Under the pieces are notes generated by a model. It made no database searches and had not been told where the DNA came from. It saw nothing but the letters and a program-made list of their open reading frames with translations. Below are positions 25,065-39,004 of a DNA stretch of 64,000 nt, one piece after another (positions within the stretch are counted from its first letter, which is position 1; each line of letters starts with the position of its first letter). The stretch covers positions 1,116,001-1,180,000 of the forward strand of contig NW_019028982.1 of assembly GCF_002105155.1 (NCBI RefSeq), read 5' to 3'. The DNA is from Lobosporangium transversale. Taxonomy: Eukaryota. The position numbers were made by a program, and so were the translations under genes.

Positions 25065-26532
25065 TTTGAAGAGGATAACGGCGTGTGAAATAAACGGTGT
25101 GAGAATAATTACAATAAAAAAAAAAAAAAAGGAAAGATGGAAAAAGATGGTAAGGAAAGGAAAAAGGAAAACGGAGAAAAGGGAGAGGAAGAGAGTCGAA
25201 TGCAAAAGGAAGGAAGGAGAGCAATGGTAAGTGGAATAAGGGTTGTCTAATGAGTTGTTTCTATAAACATGTTCTGTGTACAGTGTATAAATATAAATGC
25301 GTGTATAATGTTTTTTTGCGCGTCTTTAACATCTTTAACAAAAGTGATTTGAGTAACCACACAAGCTGAGTAAACAAACAACAATGAACAAAGCTTGTCT
25401 TCAGTAAGCCAGAATGCATAAGGTTTACAAACTAGGGGAGATGCTCTGTTTTTTTCCTCCTTGTCTCCTCGGTATTTTCCTCAGCCAATGGGGAGGCACA
25501 GGACTTCGGCTCCGGCGGATGCTAAAAAAAAAAGGCAATAATACGCATCGACTTGATGATTTGCTAATACATTGTCTGATATGGTTGAACACTAGATTGG
25601 GTTACTTAATAGTTGTCTATAGGCTAATTGAGTTTACGATACAAGTAGCAATCGGAAAATATGTAAAAAAAAAAAAAAAAAAAAAGGGTAAATGTCACCA
25701 AAAGTCGCAAGCATTTCATCCGTATCATTCCTTTGGCATGACACCCTATTGAGGAATCATGCTCATAAGCGCCTCTCTCTTTTGCCTTTGTCTCAAGAGA
25801 AAAAGAGAGTTGGCGCATAAGAATGCACTCATGATGAGTTGAAGACTGTGTCCTTTTGATCCTCCTATTGTCTTTCTTTTCATCTTTCTTTGGACGTGCG
25901 CATGTTTGTGTAAAGATCCGTCCTTTCTTTTCTTTCTTTCTTACTTTTTGAACACATGTTGTGTGATACTGTCAGCTTGATTGCATGAAGAAAGTTTTCC
26001 CCCATGCGAGATGGCGTGTGGAAAAATAAAAAAATAAATAAAGTCAATACACATGCATGCATTATATATATATATATATATAAATATGTTTTCAATAGCA
26101 TAACTCAATTTGCATCCCAAAGATCTGTTAAAAAAAAAAAAAAAAAAAAAAAAAATTCACCACTACCACCATGTAAAGATTGAAGCATTCTTTAAGGAGG
26201 TGTTCACACTCTACGTACCGTTAATCTTAATGAGATGGGTATGTGGTGTGTATGAGTGAAAGGGTACTGAATTGGTCAGGGGTCCATTAGTACGAAACGT
26301 AAAGAGGTCATGGCGAGGCTATTTGCTGTTTGTCGTGACTGGCTCACTATCTTTATCCCTCCAGTAACTCTATCTTGTTTCGTTACACTTCGCGCATGCA
26401 TTGAACTTTTTTTTTTCTTGATTCAATATTACTTGTATATCTATACTGCACTACACAAAGATGGTGGGTATTCAAAACAAGTCAATCCAACTCTTCTCCT
26501 TCTCCTCGGACTTGTTTTAGTTGATCCCAGGA

Positions 26533-26620
26533 TATATAAAGGCTTCTCCGTTTCTCACCTCTGCTTCCTTGTCTTTTCAATCGCTCTCCCTACTTTCTCC
26601 TTCTGCTTTTCTTTTCTCAC
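26533..26620 (+). promoter_or_regulatory. TATA box (TATATAAA) plus CT-rich leader upstream of the EF-hand membrane protein
   Basis: TATATAAA at 26533-26540, then a pyrimidine-rich tract and CACCATGG start context at 26622. Confidence 0.6.
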
Positions 26621-26621
26621 C

Positions 26622-28277
26622 ATGGAGACAGCACAGCTTCCTCACTTCAAGCATGTCAATTGGGATGATCCTGAGCAAGCCTATCGCATGTACATTGCTT
26701 ATATCTCGCTGTTTTTCGACATTGCAGTGTTGGCATATCATTTCAGTACTCCGTACCATCCCAAGGTAAGTCATACCTCTGATTAATCCCAAACACTTTT
26801 TCGCGTATGAAACGACGTCTTTACTTACTGACGTTTCTTTTATTGGTCGATCTTCAAATCAAATCTAGTTCTATGTAAAGACAACGCGACGACGCATGTT
26901 ACGCCTTCACATTGTCAGCGGATGTCTTGAAAGTAAGTACCTCTTGGGCTTTATTTATTTATTTTTTTTTGGTTGAATAAGAGCACTAAATCAATTCATG
27001 TTGGGACACTGTCAATTCTTACGTTCACTTGTTCTAGTTATGGCCTGTATTGCTGGATTCTATGCAGAAGACCCAACCATGTATTCATACGCGGCTGCTA
27101 TCCTTTCTGTCATCTCACATGTACCTTCAACATTCTATCAGATCCCCACAGTCCTTGGCATCAAAGCCTTCTTGGTGCCATCTTTGTTCATGGTCACAGC
27201 CTTGCACGGATATTATGCTTTCAACTTGGCTCTGAATCCCACATCGTTCTATTACCTATTATCAACCTATTTGACTGTGCATATCTACGCTTGGTCCCGT
27301 GTCTTCTTCGCATTGTATTACCGCTTCAAGTTGTTTGAGAACCATCGCTTCTCTGCCTCTATGCTCACCAGTGGATTGTTGCTTGTGCCTTCTGTCATGG
27401 GTCTCTATGGTAACATGATGTTAGTCTGTGGTGTCCTCTTGACCGATATCGTACTTCGAATGACTACTAGCAGTGATTTTTGGGCTTCCTGGACCACCGA
27501 GCACCCACGCGAGTTTGCCTCAGCTCCTGAAAAGAAGGTAGTCCTCGAGGCCCTCATTGCAGCGGCTGAAGTCGCCAATGTAGTCGATAGCCTTTCCATT
27601 CAGGACACCAAGACTCGTTATGCTCAGATCTGCTCCAAGGTCATGTCTGCCAACGTCCGTAATGCTACCCCACGCTCCAAGGCCGAGACTGTCTTCCGTG
27701 CTATTGATGTTGATAAAAATAACGAGCTCAGCCTTCAAGAAGTCCGCGATTTCTTGTTGGCCTGCGGTATCTCCTCCCAAGCCCTGGAGTCCAGGCTGAT
27801 GCTCGAGTCCTTGTTTGGGGACCGAAAGGTGGCTACATTGGACGACTTTTGCAGCTGGTTCACCAAATACTGGATTCACTCCAACAGCGTTTCAGTGCAT
27901 CGCATGCCTAGTACCCCTCGTGGTCAGGCAAAGTTAGTCTTTGACATTTTGGACTCGGATGGTTCCGGATATCTTGATGTCCAAGAATTGGAGCACCTCT
28001 TGATCTCCTGGGGGTTGCCAGCTAACGAAGCTGCATCATACTTGGTTGTAAGTGACAATTCCTTTTTATATTTTAAAAGAATAACAAAAAGATCCTTTGT
28101 CTGAATCACTAAGACTGATTTTTTTTTTTTTTTTTTTAATATGGGAAATCTTAGGAACACGACAAGGACAGTTCCAATGGAATCGACTTTCAAGAGTTTT
28201 ATGGACAAATGAGTACTATCTGGCGGTTCGCCATTCAGTCCTTCATCGATGAAGGCAAGATTATTGTTGAGAACTAG
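26622..28277 (+). CDS. Uncharacterised protein: His-rich 6-7 TM N-terminal domain plus C-terminal EF-hand pairs
   Basis: Four exons (26622-26765, 26869-26932, 27038-28047, 28155-28277) join in frame. Canonical EF loops DVDKNNELSLQE, DSDGSGYLDVQE and DKDSSNGIDFQE, plus one degenerate loop. Hydrophobic helices carry YH..YHPKF, RLHIVSGCLE, ISHVP, ALHGY and TVHIYAWSR. Confidence 0.85.
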
Positions 28278-28682
28278 GGAAACATCTTTGTCTCCATCCC
28301 CATCACTCCACCTTTCCCAACCTCCTACATGTATAGAACTATCCATTGTCCAGACAGGAAAAGGGCGTTTTGGCCATTGAGCTTGGCTCCCATTGTTCAT
28401 TTTCTATCATATATTTGTATCCATAATAAAATATACGCATTACAGTTCGTATCTTGTGAAACCATAAGACATCCAGATCAACGAACTTTAGACGTCTTAA
28501 TTTTAGCACGTGACAGCCTTATACCTTCATTTGACAATCTTTTTTTAACATCCAATTGTGCTTATTCTTACATTCAAGACTCTTTTCTTTTCTCTTCTCT
28601 CTCTTTTTTTTTTTTAGCGTTTCTAAATTCGTACAGCTAACAATAAAATACACATTCAGTATTGCACCGTGGGCTCCTTGTC

Positions 28683-29903
28683 ATGACACAGGGCGAAGAT
28701 GGAGGTGTTAGCACAGGAGGAGGGGGAGAAGTAAGTGGTGGAGGAAATGGAGGTAGCATTAATACTACTGGCGGGGAAGGAGTATCACGCAGAGCAAGTG
28801 CCACCAGTAACAGCAATGGCAGCTTGATGAATCTCATTCGGGAACGCCAAAGTGCTGCTGGCAGCACTCAAATTCTGGACCTTTCATATTCTAATCTGGA
28901 AGCATTCCCATCAGAAATTGAATTCCTAAGAGATGTTCTTGAAAAGTATGTTCATTCTTTTTCTTATTCCTCTTATTCTCGTTCTCATCTTCACTCTCAC
29001 TCTCACTCTCACCCTCACTTTAATAATGGGTTTCAACCAAGTTTTAATTTGTTGTTTGAATCCAAAGAACTGACAAACGAAATGTAGTTGTCGATTGTGA
29101 AAATGGGACATGGTGTACGCTGGAATGTTTCATGGTGTTCAGTGAGGTCATCATTGACATATACACCTCTGATATGGAGCATGAACAGGTGAAAGAGCAA
29201 GGAAACAAACAAACAAACAAGCATACAAAAACCATCAATAATGGAATCAGAATAGAGACCAATTCTTTCGCTGTTACGCTATGAGGAGACACGAGAACAT
29301 TAGAGGCAAGACTGAAAGAAAGAGAAGTTGAGGTACAATCGCCCATCGGCACAGCCATTTCATATGCCTGGTTTGCTCCCAAGTTTAGACTTTATTTCTC
29401 TCAGTATCAGCCAGGGCCGAATATCTTATAGCTTTCCTCATCAAGTCTCCTCTGCAGTTTTAACTCTTATTATCAACGGATTCTAAGCGGATCGCTATTT
29501 AATCAACTTACAATGATCACTTCTTTGTCTCCTTAAAAAAATGCACACGTTGTGTCGACTGTACTAGGCTGACGATGAGCCATAATTCGATCAGGACACT
29601 ACCCCTGCAGCTCAATATGTTCAAGAGTCTTCGCTACCTCAATATTCGTGCCAACTCCATCAGGATTTTTCCAGCAGTGGTAAGCTTTCAGGAGACATCA
29701 GAGGCATCAGGAGACTAAAAATGCAGTGTCGTTCAACCTATCGTCTTTGTACTAAATCTTGTAATATTCTAATTACACGATGTATTGGTACTAGCTCTGT
29801 CAGATGATGAGTCTTGAGATATTGGATATGAGCCGCAACAAGATTACGAGATTTCCAGACACGTTCGGAAATCTGATGAACCTTCGAGTAAGCAGGTGTA
29901 TCG

Positions 29904-29948
<45 letters not shown>

Positions 29949-32900
29949 AAAAAGATTGCATAGGTGCTCATTATTTATATATTGCTTGCTTGGTGCGTGA
30001 CATAATCCTAGGTGCTGAGCATTTCCAAGAATCGAATTGAAACTATACCAACATATATTGGAGAAATGGAACAGCTACAGTATTTGAAAATAGAACAGAA
30101 CCCTATTGTTTTCCCCCCGCCAGAGATCGTCGAACTTCCTGATCAGGACATGAAAGGATGGCTCAATCAACTCAAGTCATATCTCATTTCTTATAAGAGT
30201 GCGTGTAATATCTTATTTTTAGTTTATTTATTACTACACTTCACTTTAGTATACCTAGAAATCTAAATTTCTTCTATTATGTCTTTCATCTAAACTAGTG
30301 GGGCATGAAAATCAATCAAGTCGCATCCCAATTGAAGAAGCAACCATTGCTACAGTACGAGAGAATAAGGTCACTGTACAGCAACGTGGCAGTAGGTCAG
30401 CTTCCTTGGATAGTCTAGCAATACCACCGGCTCGACGCCAGAGCGCGAATGAGGCAGCTCTGCGACTTAGTCTTCCAAGCAGCGCTGGACAGCACATTCC
30501 CGCTCCTCCAACAGACACTCTTTCACATAGACATGTACGGACCAATAGCCAGCATGCAGCTCATGGGGAAGATCATTATCGTTTTATCAGTCATTCAAGA
30601 GGGGTCTCTGGAGACTCGACTAGCTCATTTAACAGTAATGCATCGAATGATTGTGAGAGATATAGCGAAATTTATTTTCAGAGGCTGGCGTCATATCCTC
30701 AACCATCTCAGCCGTTATCAAATGAGCGATTGCGCTTAGTCGAGGCTGCTCGAGGGATATTATTTGCTCTTTCACAAATTTACAAGGCTGTCAAGCAGGT
30801 TGTAGGGTGCTTCACAGATGAAAAATTCAGTTTAATGTTCACACGTCTCCTTCAAGGCGCCAGCAGTGCTATGGCACAACTTATCCAGTCACTTGACCGT
30901 TTCGATAGTATGGCTCAAGTCGATGTACCTGATCAGACTATTTGCGCGGAGGTCATGCGGTGTTGCGAGTCTAATGTGGTGGCGTTCAGGAGACTTGTAC
31001 ATATGATTCAGATACAGCTCCGAAATATTGGTATAATGGCGGATATTAGGCTGGTCAGAAACTTGGTTTTGGTGCTCCATGGCGCACTTACCGAAATCCG
31101 CGTAGCTTGGGACTCGCTGTTTCCCCTCCTACAAAACCCTGGTGAGCTCAACGGAGAAATTATCGAATCAAATTATCAGGTGGTTAAAGAGCAGAACACA
31201 CAATTTCCACCTCACCAAATACCTCTGAGTAGTGGTCGTAACCAACTACAACAACAGCAGAACCATCAAGGCCAACGTCATTTCTCTAATAGTTTATCAG
31301 CAGTCCATCAGAATCACTCGTTTCAGGCCTCGCCAACTATACCCACTTCTTCAACATGGCTTCCTGTCCAAATCCCTCAGCGCAGTCAAAACATGTCGCG
31401 AGCTAGCAGCCACAACGGTCAATCGACCAATAACTTGCATCAAGAGGAAGAAGAAGATATTCAGTTTTTACAGACTGTTGAACACGCAATTGAGGCTGCT
31501 CGACGAGTAATCCAATGTTTGACAGAAACATGCATGACACGTGCTGATAACTTGGTGGTTAGTCCCCAGCAAAAGCCAACACGAAGAGCGCGGTCCGTCT
31601 CCGCATCACCTCCTAGAAGCGTTGGAAGCAGCGGAGATAGTAATAGTTCGAATGGCAAAGGCAGTTCGCAAGATCAGCAGGGCCAGGATTTACCTATGAG
31701 TCCATTACAACTTGCAGCAAACACAACCTCATCCAATTCTACATCTTCGGCACCAGCAGCAGGATCGTTAGCAAGCCAAAGTAACGCAGCCAATGGCAAG
31801 CCCGATACCAGTCTGATTAGATTACCGCTGTTTTCTGATTCGGATGCTGTTCCTTTTTCAAATAGTATGTGCATGACACTGCCAATAGACCAAAGTTCTT
31901 CTACTTCAAAAGAATTAGGAACATCATCGGGCATGCCAAATGGACAGGGTGAGGAAAGCAATGTAAGGAACGAGCGGCGAGCACGGTCACATTCCAAGGG
32001 CTCATCTAAAGCATCTGTCGATCCTGCCTTGCCCGCTATACCACAGGATGAGACCAGTGGAACTATTGCTCAGGCCTCGTCAACTTCAGTCCCTATTCCA
32101 ATGCCACAATATCAGCCAATCATGACAGCCAGATCAGCCAGTGTTTCAGGCTTGCCTTCCAACACTAACTCATTGCTGTCATCAAGCAGCGGCACTAATA
32201 TGATGGCGGCCTCATCATTGCCTTCACAGGGATTTGTTGGCGCTAGTTCGCCCTATTCGCATATGCCGCCTACACCTGGTATCTATCCCTCGACCTCGTC
32301 TTCACTTCTTTTCGGTACAGGAGGTGTTGTGAACTTGTCTACTTCTCATCCTTGGCGAGAGATGAAGGATTGTTTGCTACAAATGACAGAGATTATTAAG
32401 CGGCTTGATCTGGATCTTACAATGATTCGTACAGATGACCATTCTCAGTACAGCCATCAACAACATCACCATACGTATCAGCAACATGTACATCAAGGAT
32501 CATTCCCACCTCATGCACAGCCATATCATCAAAACCAAGGACCTCATCCTTATCAGCAAATCCAGGGATCTGGTTATCAACACGGTTTTGTACATATAGG
32601 GTCCAACTCTGATGAAATCAATATCCTTCGCAGACGGTTCGGCATGGGCATTAGCGATTTTGTGACATCTGTGGTGGCGATATCTACACTGGTCCGACAG
32701 CTCTCGACCTCCAACAGCAATAGCGGCAGCAGTGTTAACTCTTCAAGGATAGTTGCAGTCACATCGACATCAGCATCAGCCTCATCTTCATCAAATATTG
32801 TCTCTACTTCCCCTTCATCCACCAGAATGAGATCCGGCTCTTCATCAGTCGATGGGGGTACAATTGGGGCGAACGCCAACATGTCAGTTTCTGCAGTTTC

Positions 32901-33432
32901 TGCAGTTCCTGCAGCCTCAGCCTTAGCTTCTGTGAACATGGGTGTCTCAGATGGGTCATCAACCGCTGTCCCTTTAGTTTCTTCTGCGAATGCCTCCACA
33001 TCGTCCAATCTGATTTCTGCCTCCTCCTTCTCTGCATCTGGATCGAACATATTGACCTATCCAGATAAATCTGTACAACAGCAACAGCAACAGCAACAGA
33101 ATTACCGTCACCCTTCGAGATACCCGCAGCAGACGTCAAATCAACAACAACAGCAACAACAGCAACAGCAGCAACAGCAGCAACAACAGCAGCCTGAAAT
33201 CTTTTCACGACTTGTCATGACTAACGTTTCCAATTTGACAAAGATTACGAAAGAGCTCATAGTTCGAACGCCACGATCTTCATACCGTGAATACGTAGTT
33301 CCATCTTCCTCTGCTGGCGGAGGAGTGGTTGTGACAGGAACAGTGAACAGCAACAACAATGGTAGTTCTTATGGAGTTGCCTATATCCCTTCTGCACCGA
33401 TCGTTACTACACGTAAAGGAAGTTTGATATAA
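28683..33432 (+). CDS. SOG2: RAM signalling network LRR protein Sog2
   Basis: N-terminal LRRs (LDLSYSNLEAFPSEI, LEILDMSRNKI, LSISKNRI, LKIEQNPIVFPP), then the SOG2 domain (YFQRLAS...RLVEAARGILFALSQI...LVLHGALTEIRVAW). Ser-, His- and Gln-rich inserts. Confidence 0.88.
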
Positions 33433-33688
33433 AGATATTATTATTATTATAATTGGTATTTTTTTTGTCTGGCGATTGAATTTTAAATAAATGAAAGTGT
33501 CCCCAAAGTACTTTGAAATTTTGAAAGGCAGTCCTTAAGAAATGGACCATCCATTCTTTAGTTCATTCTGGTATGCATTCATTCATTCATTCGTTCATTC
33601 ACACATCTTTTTGACATTGTTTCATTGTTTCATATAGGGGTTTTTAATATTCTTATTTTTATTTTTTGTTTATTAAGAAATATTTATA

Positions 33689-34324
33689 ATGCCAATATGT
33701 GTTGAGTGTGGGGCAGCAGTGTCTTCACTGTATACAGAATACAGTAAAGGCAACATCCGACTTACATACTGCGTAAGGAGTATAAAGAAGAACTGTCACC
33801 TATATGACTATCAATGTATTTAATGTTATTCATTTCAATCTGATTCTTTATTATTTTTATTATTTTTTTTATTTATTATTTTTAAAAAAGGAGCATTGCA
33901 AGAAACTAGCGGATAAATATGTGGAGCATGACTTTGTAATCATTTTTGTCGACATGGTCCTGCACAAGAAGCCTGTATATCGACACTTGTTATTCAATCG
34001 GTTACCATATCGCGATCTGGGAATCGATGTAAGAAATAAAAAAAAAAAATGCAATTTTTTTTTATTTTTTTGCTTGCGGAGCAAATTCCACGAGATATCA
34101 AGTTCAGAAAAAAAAATAAAAATAAAAATAAAAAAGTAAAGAAAAGAAAAGAAAACTAACTAAAGGGCTTCTTTTATCATTATTATTTTTATTTCCATTT
34201 TCATTTTTCTGTGCGTATGTGTGGGGTTTGTATATCTTTTTAATAGCCAAATGTGTTCAAACTGGGAGTATTATTGATCTTATTCGATGTTTGTAAGTTA
34301 CTAACAGTGAATCGGATATCCATT

Positions 34325-34355
<31 letters not shown>

Positions 34356-35338
34356 TGTCTCTTAAGAAGAAAGGAAGAAAGAAAAAAGGAATACTAACTC
34401 TTATATATATATATAAAGATATCAAGTGGTTTAGACTGGAGCAAGAAGCGGTTGTAGTAGATGCCGACTTTGCACAGCACGCTTTAGTGTTTCAATATCT
34501 ATATATCTTATTCCTTTGTATCATAGGTAAAGGTGAAAATGTGAAAAAAGAAAAAAAAAACAAACAACAACAGCCAACGCATTTTCATTCAGAGTTCGAA
34601 TGAGTGCATTTGGATATAATGCTTTGATGGGGGTTTGTTTAACAAAAATTATGTTGGTTACATTGTTTAGAGTTCCTTTCATTTCACTTTGGTGTACGCT
34701 TAATTGTCAGTCTATGCTATGGTGGACGTTATGCTATCCTCAAGTAAGCCAGCTAATCATACCTTCTCTCTTAGAGCATCAAAGTGCCTGTCATTCAAAC
34801 ATCCTTGATACATGTATGGAATGCATATTTATGTTGTTTTGTCTTATTTCCTTATCTTCTTCCTGCTATCACTATCCATTAGATACAACTACATCACTAC
34901 AGCACTTATCATCTCGAGCTTTGGCAAGATGCTGTTAATCCTAATGGTCATTTGGGACTACACAGAATTGGAGCATTCTTGGCATCTAGTCAACTTTATC
35001 GTCTTTACATCGAACATCGAGGCTCTCTCAGGTATTGTTTATCAACTCCTTCATCTCTCGACTTTATCGATCTATCTATTTATCTATCTATCTATCTGTC
35101 TATCTATAACAAAAGAAAAAAAAAAAAAAAAAAAAAAAAGTCGCAAAAGCATTTAAAAGGATTTTATTTTTATTAATCCTTGTTATTTTTTAACCGATAT
35201 AAACTAGTTTTCCTAGATACAGGGTACTTGCAGACAACACTAGTAATTGTCTTTGGGATCGCTTGCAGAATCTTGATGCAGATAGTCTTTACAAACATTA
35301 CTGGCGATTCTGATCTCGTTGCCATAGCAAGCATGTAA
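33689..35338 (+). CDS. ARV1: Sterol homeostasis / GPI-associated ER membrane protein Arv1
   Basis: Arv1 homology domain MPICVECG...NIRLTYC|EHCKKLADKYVEHD...VDMVLHKKPVYRHLLFN, followed by TM exons including ALIISSFGKML. Stop TAA at 35336-35338. Confidence 0.93.
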
Positions 35339-35353
35339 TCTCTAACTTTTTTA

Positions 35354-35387
<34 letters not shown>

Positions 35388-35578
35388 TTTCGTCTTTACA
35401 GAATGTTGAATCATCTTTTATATTAAACTCATGACAGACAATGACATATTACGAAGAGCTGCTCTAACCCTTTATTCTTTTATGGAGAGTATGTATTTCC
35501 TGCCGTCTTTACACAAAAGTATCCCTTTTCTTTTTGTGATTCGATACTTGAAAATGATGTGAATATAAAGGATACTAC

Positions 35579-35618
<40 letters not shown>

Positions 35619-36081
35619 GATTTATGCAATCGTACACAATAGGCAAGTCGTCTAAGCAAGGACTTGAGCCATCAAGCAACATGTATAATAGAAGCGAAAG
35701 CAACGCATGGAATGAAAATTACGTGGCAAAAAAAAAAGAACAAAAATTGTAAAATCGGAGATAAAAATGGAAAGGAAAGGAATAGCAAGGAAAGAAAATG
35801 GAAGGAAAGGTAGAGAAGGAAAGGTAGAGAAGGAAAGGGAATGGAGAAAGAAGTAGTGTAGCAAACATGAGGCTAAGATAGATAGTTAATTTGAACATGG
35901 CAAAAAAAAAAAAAAAATTAAAGAAATAGTTGTTCTAAGGATAAAGCTTGCAATAGCTCAAAGGTGTTGGATTAGGATGCTTAAGATGTTCTGATCCCCG
36001 GCTTTCCTTTCTTTCTTTCTTGTTTTTGTTATTGTAAAGGACAAGTTAAAGCTACCAAATGTTTTTTGTAATTTTAAAGCA

Positions 36082-37046
36082 TTACTCGAGCTTTTTTTCG
36101 CAAAATTGCCAGAGCTAGCAAAGAATGCGGATCAAATAGTTTCGTTCGGTTATTCATTTACACTCATAGTCAATACGAATAGCAACCCTCTTAGTTCTCC
36201 CCCTTAATTACTGACTATACCATACCTCTGTCAATAGCTCGTTTCCAAGTGTCCGAAGATCAATATGAAATTCACCTGCTATTCGTCATAGTAAATGAGT
36301 CCAACATGGTTAGGCCCCATTGGATTCTGAAACAGAATCTTTGTTTCCCCTTGTATCCGTATCAAAATAATACCTCGACCCCCAGCTTTAATTCATTTAC
36401 CTTCTCCATCTTCTTTGACATACATATCTGCAGTCTGGTTTGCTTTTATGATCTGAACAAGTTCAACCAAGTCCTCGGGTTGTAGCAGCTGAAAATTTTT
36501 CACCAGTTGATGCACATTAACCTAAAGAATCATAAGACAAATGGCCGAAAACAGCAACAGCAACAAATAATAATAATAATAATAAAAAGAAAAGAAAAGA
36601 AAAGAAAAAGCGAAACATTAGTCAACAACTGCAAGGAGTAAAGAACACTTATGCATGAGAACTCCTTTTCGTTCCTCTTACTTTTTCATTCCACTCATCT
36701 CCTGATCCAGCAACACTACTATCAGCTATGCTTTCGTCATCCGAACTCCGGTCATCCTTAATTCTCTTTGATTTCTCCTTCATAAGCACGTCTCTACGAC
36801 GTTTCTGTGTCACACTTTCACCCACACTATCGTTGCTCGATTCCCGGTCAGAGACAGTGCTAGAAGGAAGGTTTAACAGCTTCAAAAAGCCTGCTTTTAA
36901 ATCTGATTTAAATATCTAAGGAGCCAAGGGAATAAAATAAAATTAAAAAATAGAATGGCCATTAGTTAAAAACTTGATGAAATAGAAGATCTGGGATCAG
37001 AAAATAATTCTCTGATGGGTCGTCATTGCTATATATAAATTTCTTT

Positions 37047-37084
<38 letters not shown>

Positions 37085-37927
37085 CATTTTGCCTACTATT
37101 GTCTGTGGAACCTCATAATGTGGTGATTGAAAGTGGAGATCATGATCCAGCACGAATGGTGGCACTGACTTGTCAACAAAATGAAGCATAATCTTCATAT
37201 CAAACTCGCCCCATCCTTTTTCCTGCAATGAGAACGGATACTCTGTCACCTCTATTCAAATTCATGAAGTAAATATTATCAAGAGTAATTGCTTTCTCCA
37301 TTAATTAGAAAATGAGAATAATATAATAATAATATTATAGCAGCCAATAAAGCCATGACGAAAGTGGTCATACTTCTAACAGGCGGTTCGAAACTCTGAT
37401 GGAGAATATATTCCACATGGTCAACATAAGGCATTTGTTCTTCCTCGCCGTTTGCATTCACACCGCACAGCGAAATCTTCCACTTGCGAATTGGGAACCC
37501 CATCTGTTTTTGGCCCTTGACAATATTTTGATCTGTAACAACCTAGGTAGAGTGAAGAAAGATAAGACCGGGGAATTTTTTTTTTTTTTTTTTTTTTTTT
37601 TTGAGCAGCGAAATGGTTTTTAGAAAGCCCTGCAAAAGCTTTATCCGATGGCATGCAGGCACGTGTGAAATATAGACTTGCGAATAGGGATATACCTTGA
37701 TCTCCTTACGAATGCTCTTGTGCTGTACGATTAATAAATCATGTATCACAACAACAGAACAACAGGGAGTTAGTTAAAAGTAAAGATGCCTTGAAGAAAA
37801 GAAAAGAAAGGAAAAAAAAAAAAAAAAAAAAGAAATAAGAAAGCAAAAGAAAAAAGAAAGTTGCAGTTAACGTGCTATCTTTTTGGATATCAATCTTGTC
37901 TGTATTATTGACATTTACCTGTGGCAT
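36082..37927 (-). CDS. TAF14: YEATS-domain + ET-domain protein Taf14
   Basis: MPQ|HKSIRKEIK|VVTDQ...GFPIRKWKI...VEYILHQSF...PFSLQEKGWGEFDM (YEATS); C-terminal VNVHQLVKNFQLLQPEDLVELVQII...GEFHIDL...|LWQFCEKKLE (ET). Confidence 0.9.
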
Positions 37928-38591
37928 GTTTGGTGCTTGTTCTTATTGGTCAGGATTGAGTTGTGTATGTACAAGGAGGTGTGTGGCGCGTAATCCTCGA
38001 CAGGTCAATGTTCCTGAAAAAGGGAGGAGGAGACTTAAAGAAAGTAGAACAAGTCGAGTTATTGAATGAAGAATGGTAGACAAAGGGTGTGTCACTAGTC
38101 TGGTTACAATGGGATGAACAAAAACAAGATTAGTTTGCAACGACAATGTTGCCAAAGAGAGCAGTCAAATGAGAGTGAATGTGTTTATAAACCACGCAGC
38201 GTGCACGGGCGATGAAAATAAGGAACAAGTTTTAATACTGAGGGGACGAGTTCTCAATTAAACTTTCTTCAACACACAGTAGAAAGTGGAAAGAAAGTAA
38301 AAAGCCAAGTAAAGTCAAGTTTTAGGAATAGAGAATGTGCGTTTAATCGAAAAAGGGAAGGGAGAAGTGTGATCGATACTGTCCAGCTGAGAATGGCTAT
38401 TGGACGATGAGAAGAGAAAAAGAAAAGAGAGAAAGGAAAGAAAGGATAGAAAGGGGGACAAAGACAATCTTCTTTTTAAAGGGCCAATGAAGAAGCATCG
38501 AAATGTGACTGCATGCTCTCAGCTCTGGCTTGCTGTGGTTCATTTTTATTGGAATGTTTATTCATTTTGGGCGAAATATTTTGATCCATCA

Positions 38592-38972
38592 CTATGCACT
38601 TTTCAGCTTGTATTGACTTTTCTCGAGTCGTAAAAAGTCCTCATCAGGGTCTCTCATGATCCACAAGCTTGCGAGGTCCACGGCCTGAAGTAACAACGGC
38701 ATTGACCACCACATCAACTCAAACGAAAACTCTGTCGATCCCATCATCAGCACTAGAGGCACAGATGACACAAAAGTCCAACCTACCACAACAGTGCGAC
38801 TGATATTGCACATGTCCCAGATAATGAATATACCAATGAAAAATGAGATCAATGAAAAAATAGTGGCAAATCCTGGAGAAATGGACTGGTCAGCATTGTC
38901 CGGCAATGGAAGCCCAGACATAGATTTGTTCCTTGACCATGCATATGCAGTAAACCCGAGATGTCTATTATC

Positions 38973-39004
<32 letters not shown>

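Noticed and set aside
26622..27460. 7-TM protein next to a potentially retinal-forming oxygenase as a possible rhodopsin
   Set aside because: No Schiff-base Lys in the last helix and no recognisable opsin motifs.
29135..29175. C-box/D-box-like motifs (ATGATGA, CTGA) in SOG2 intron 1
   Set aside because: They are antisense to the host gene, spaced too closely, and lack a terminal stem.
36640..36680. Apparent in-frame stop (SSHA-TAA) truncating TAF14 before the ET domain
   Set aside because: A canonical phase-0 donor (GAA AAA|GTAAGA) upstream removes it and joins in frame to the ET exon.
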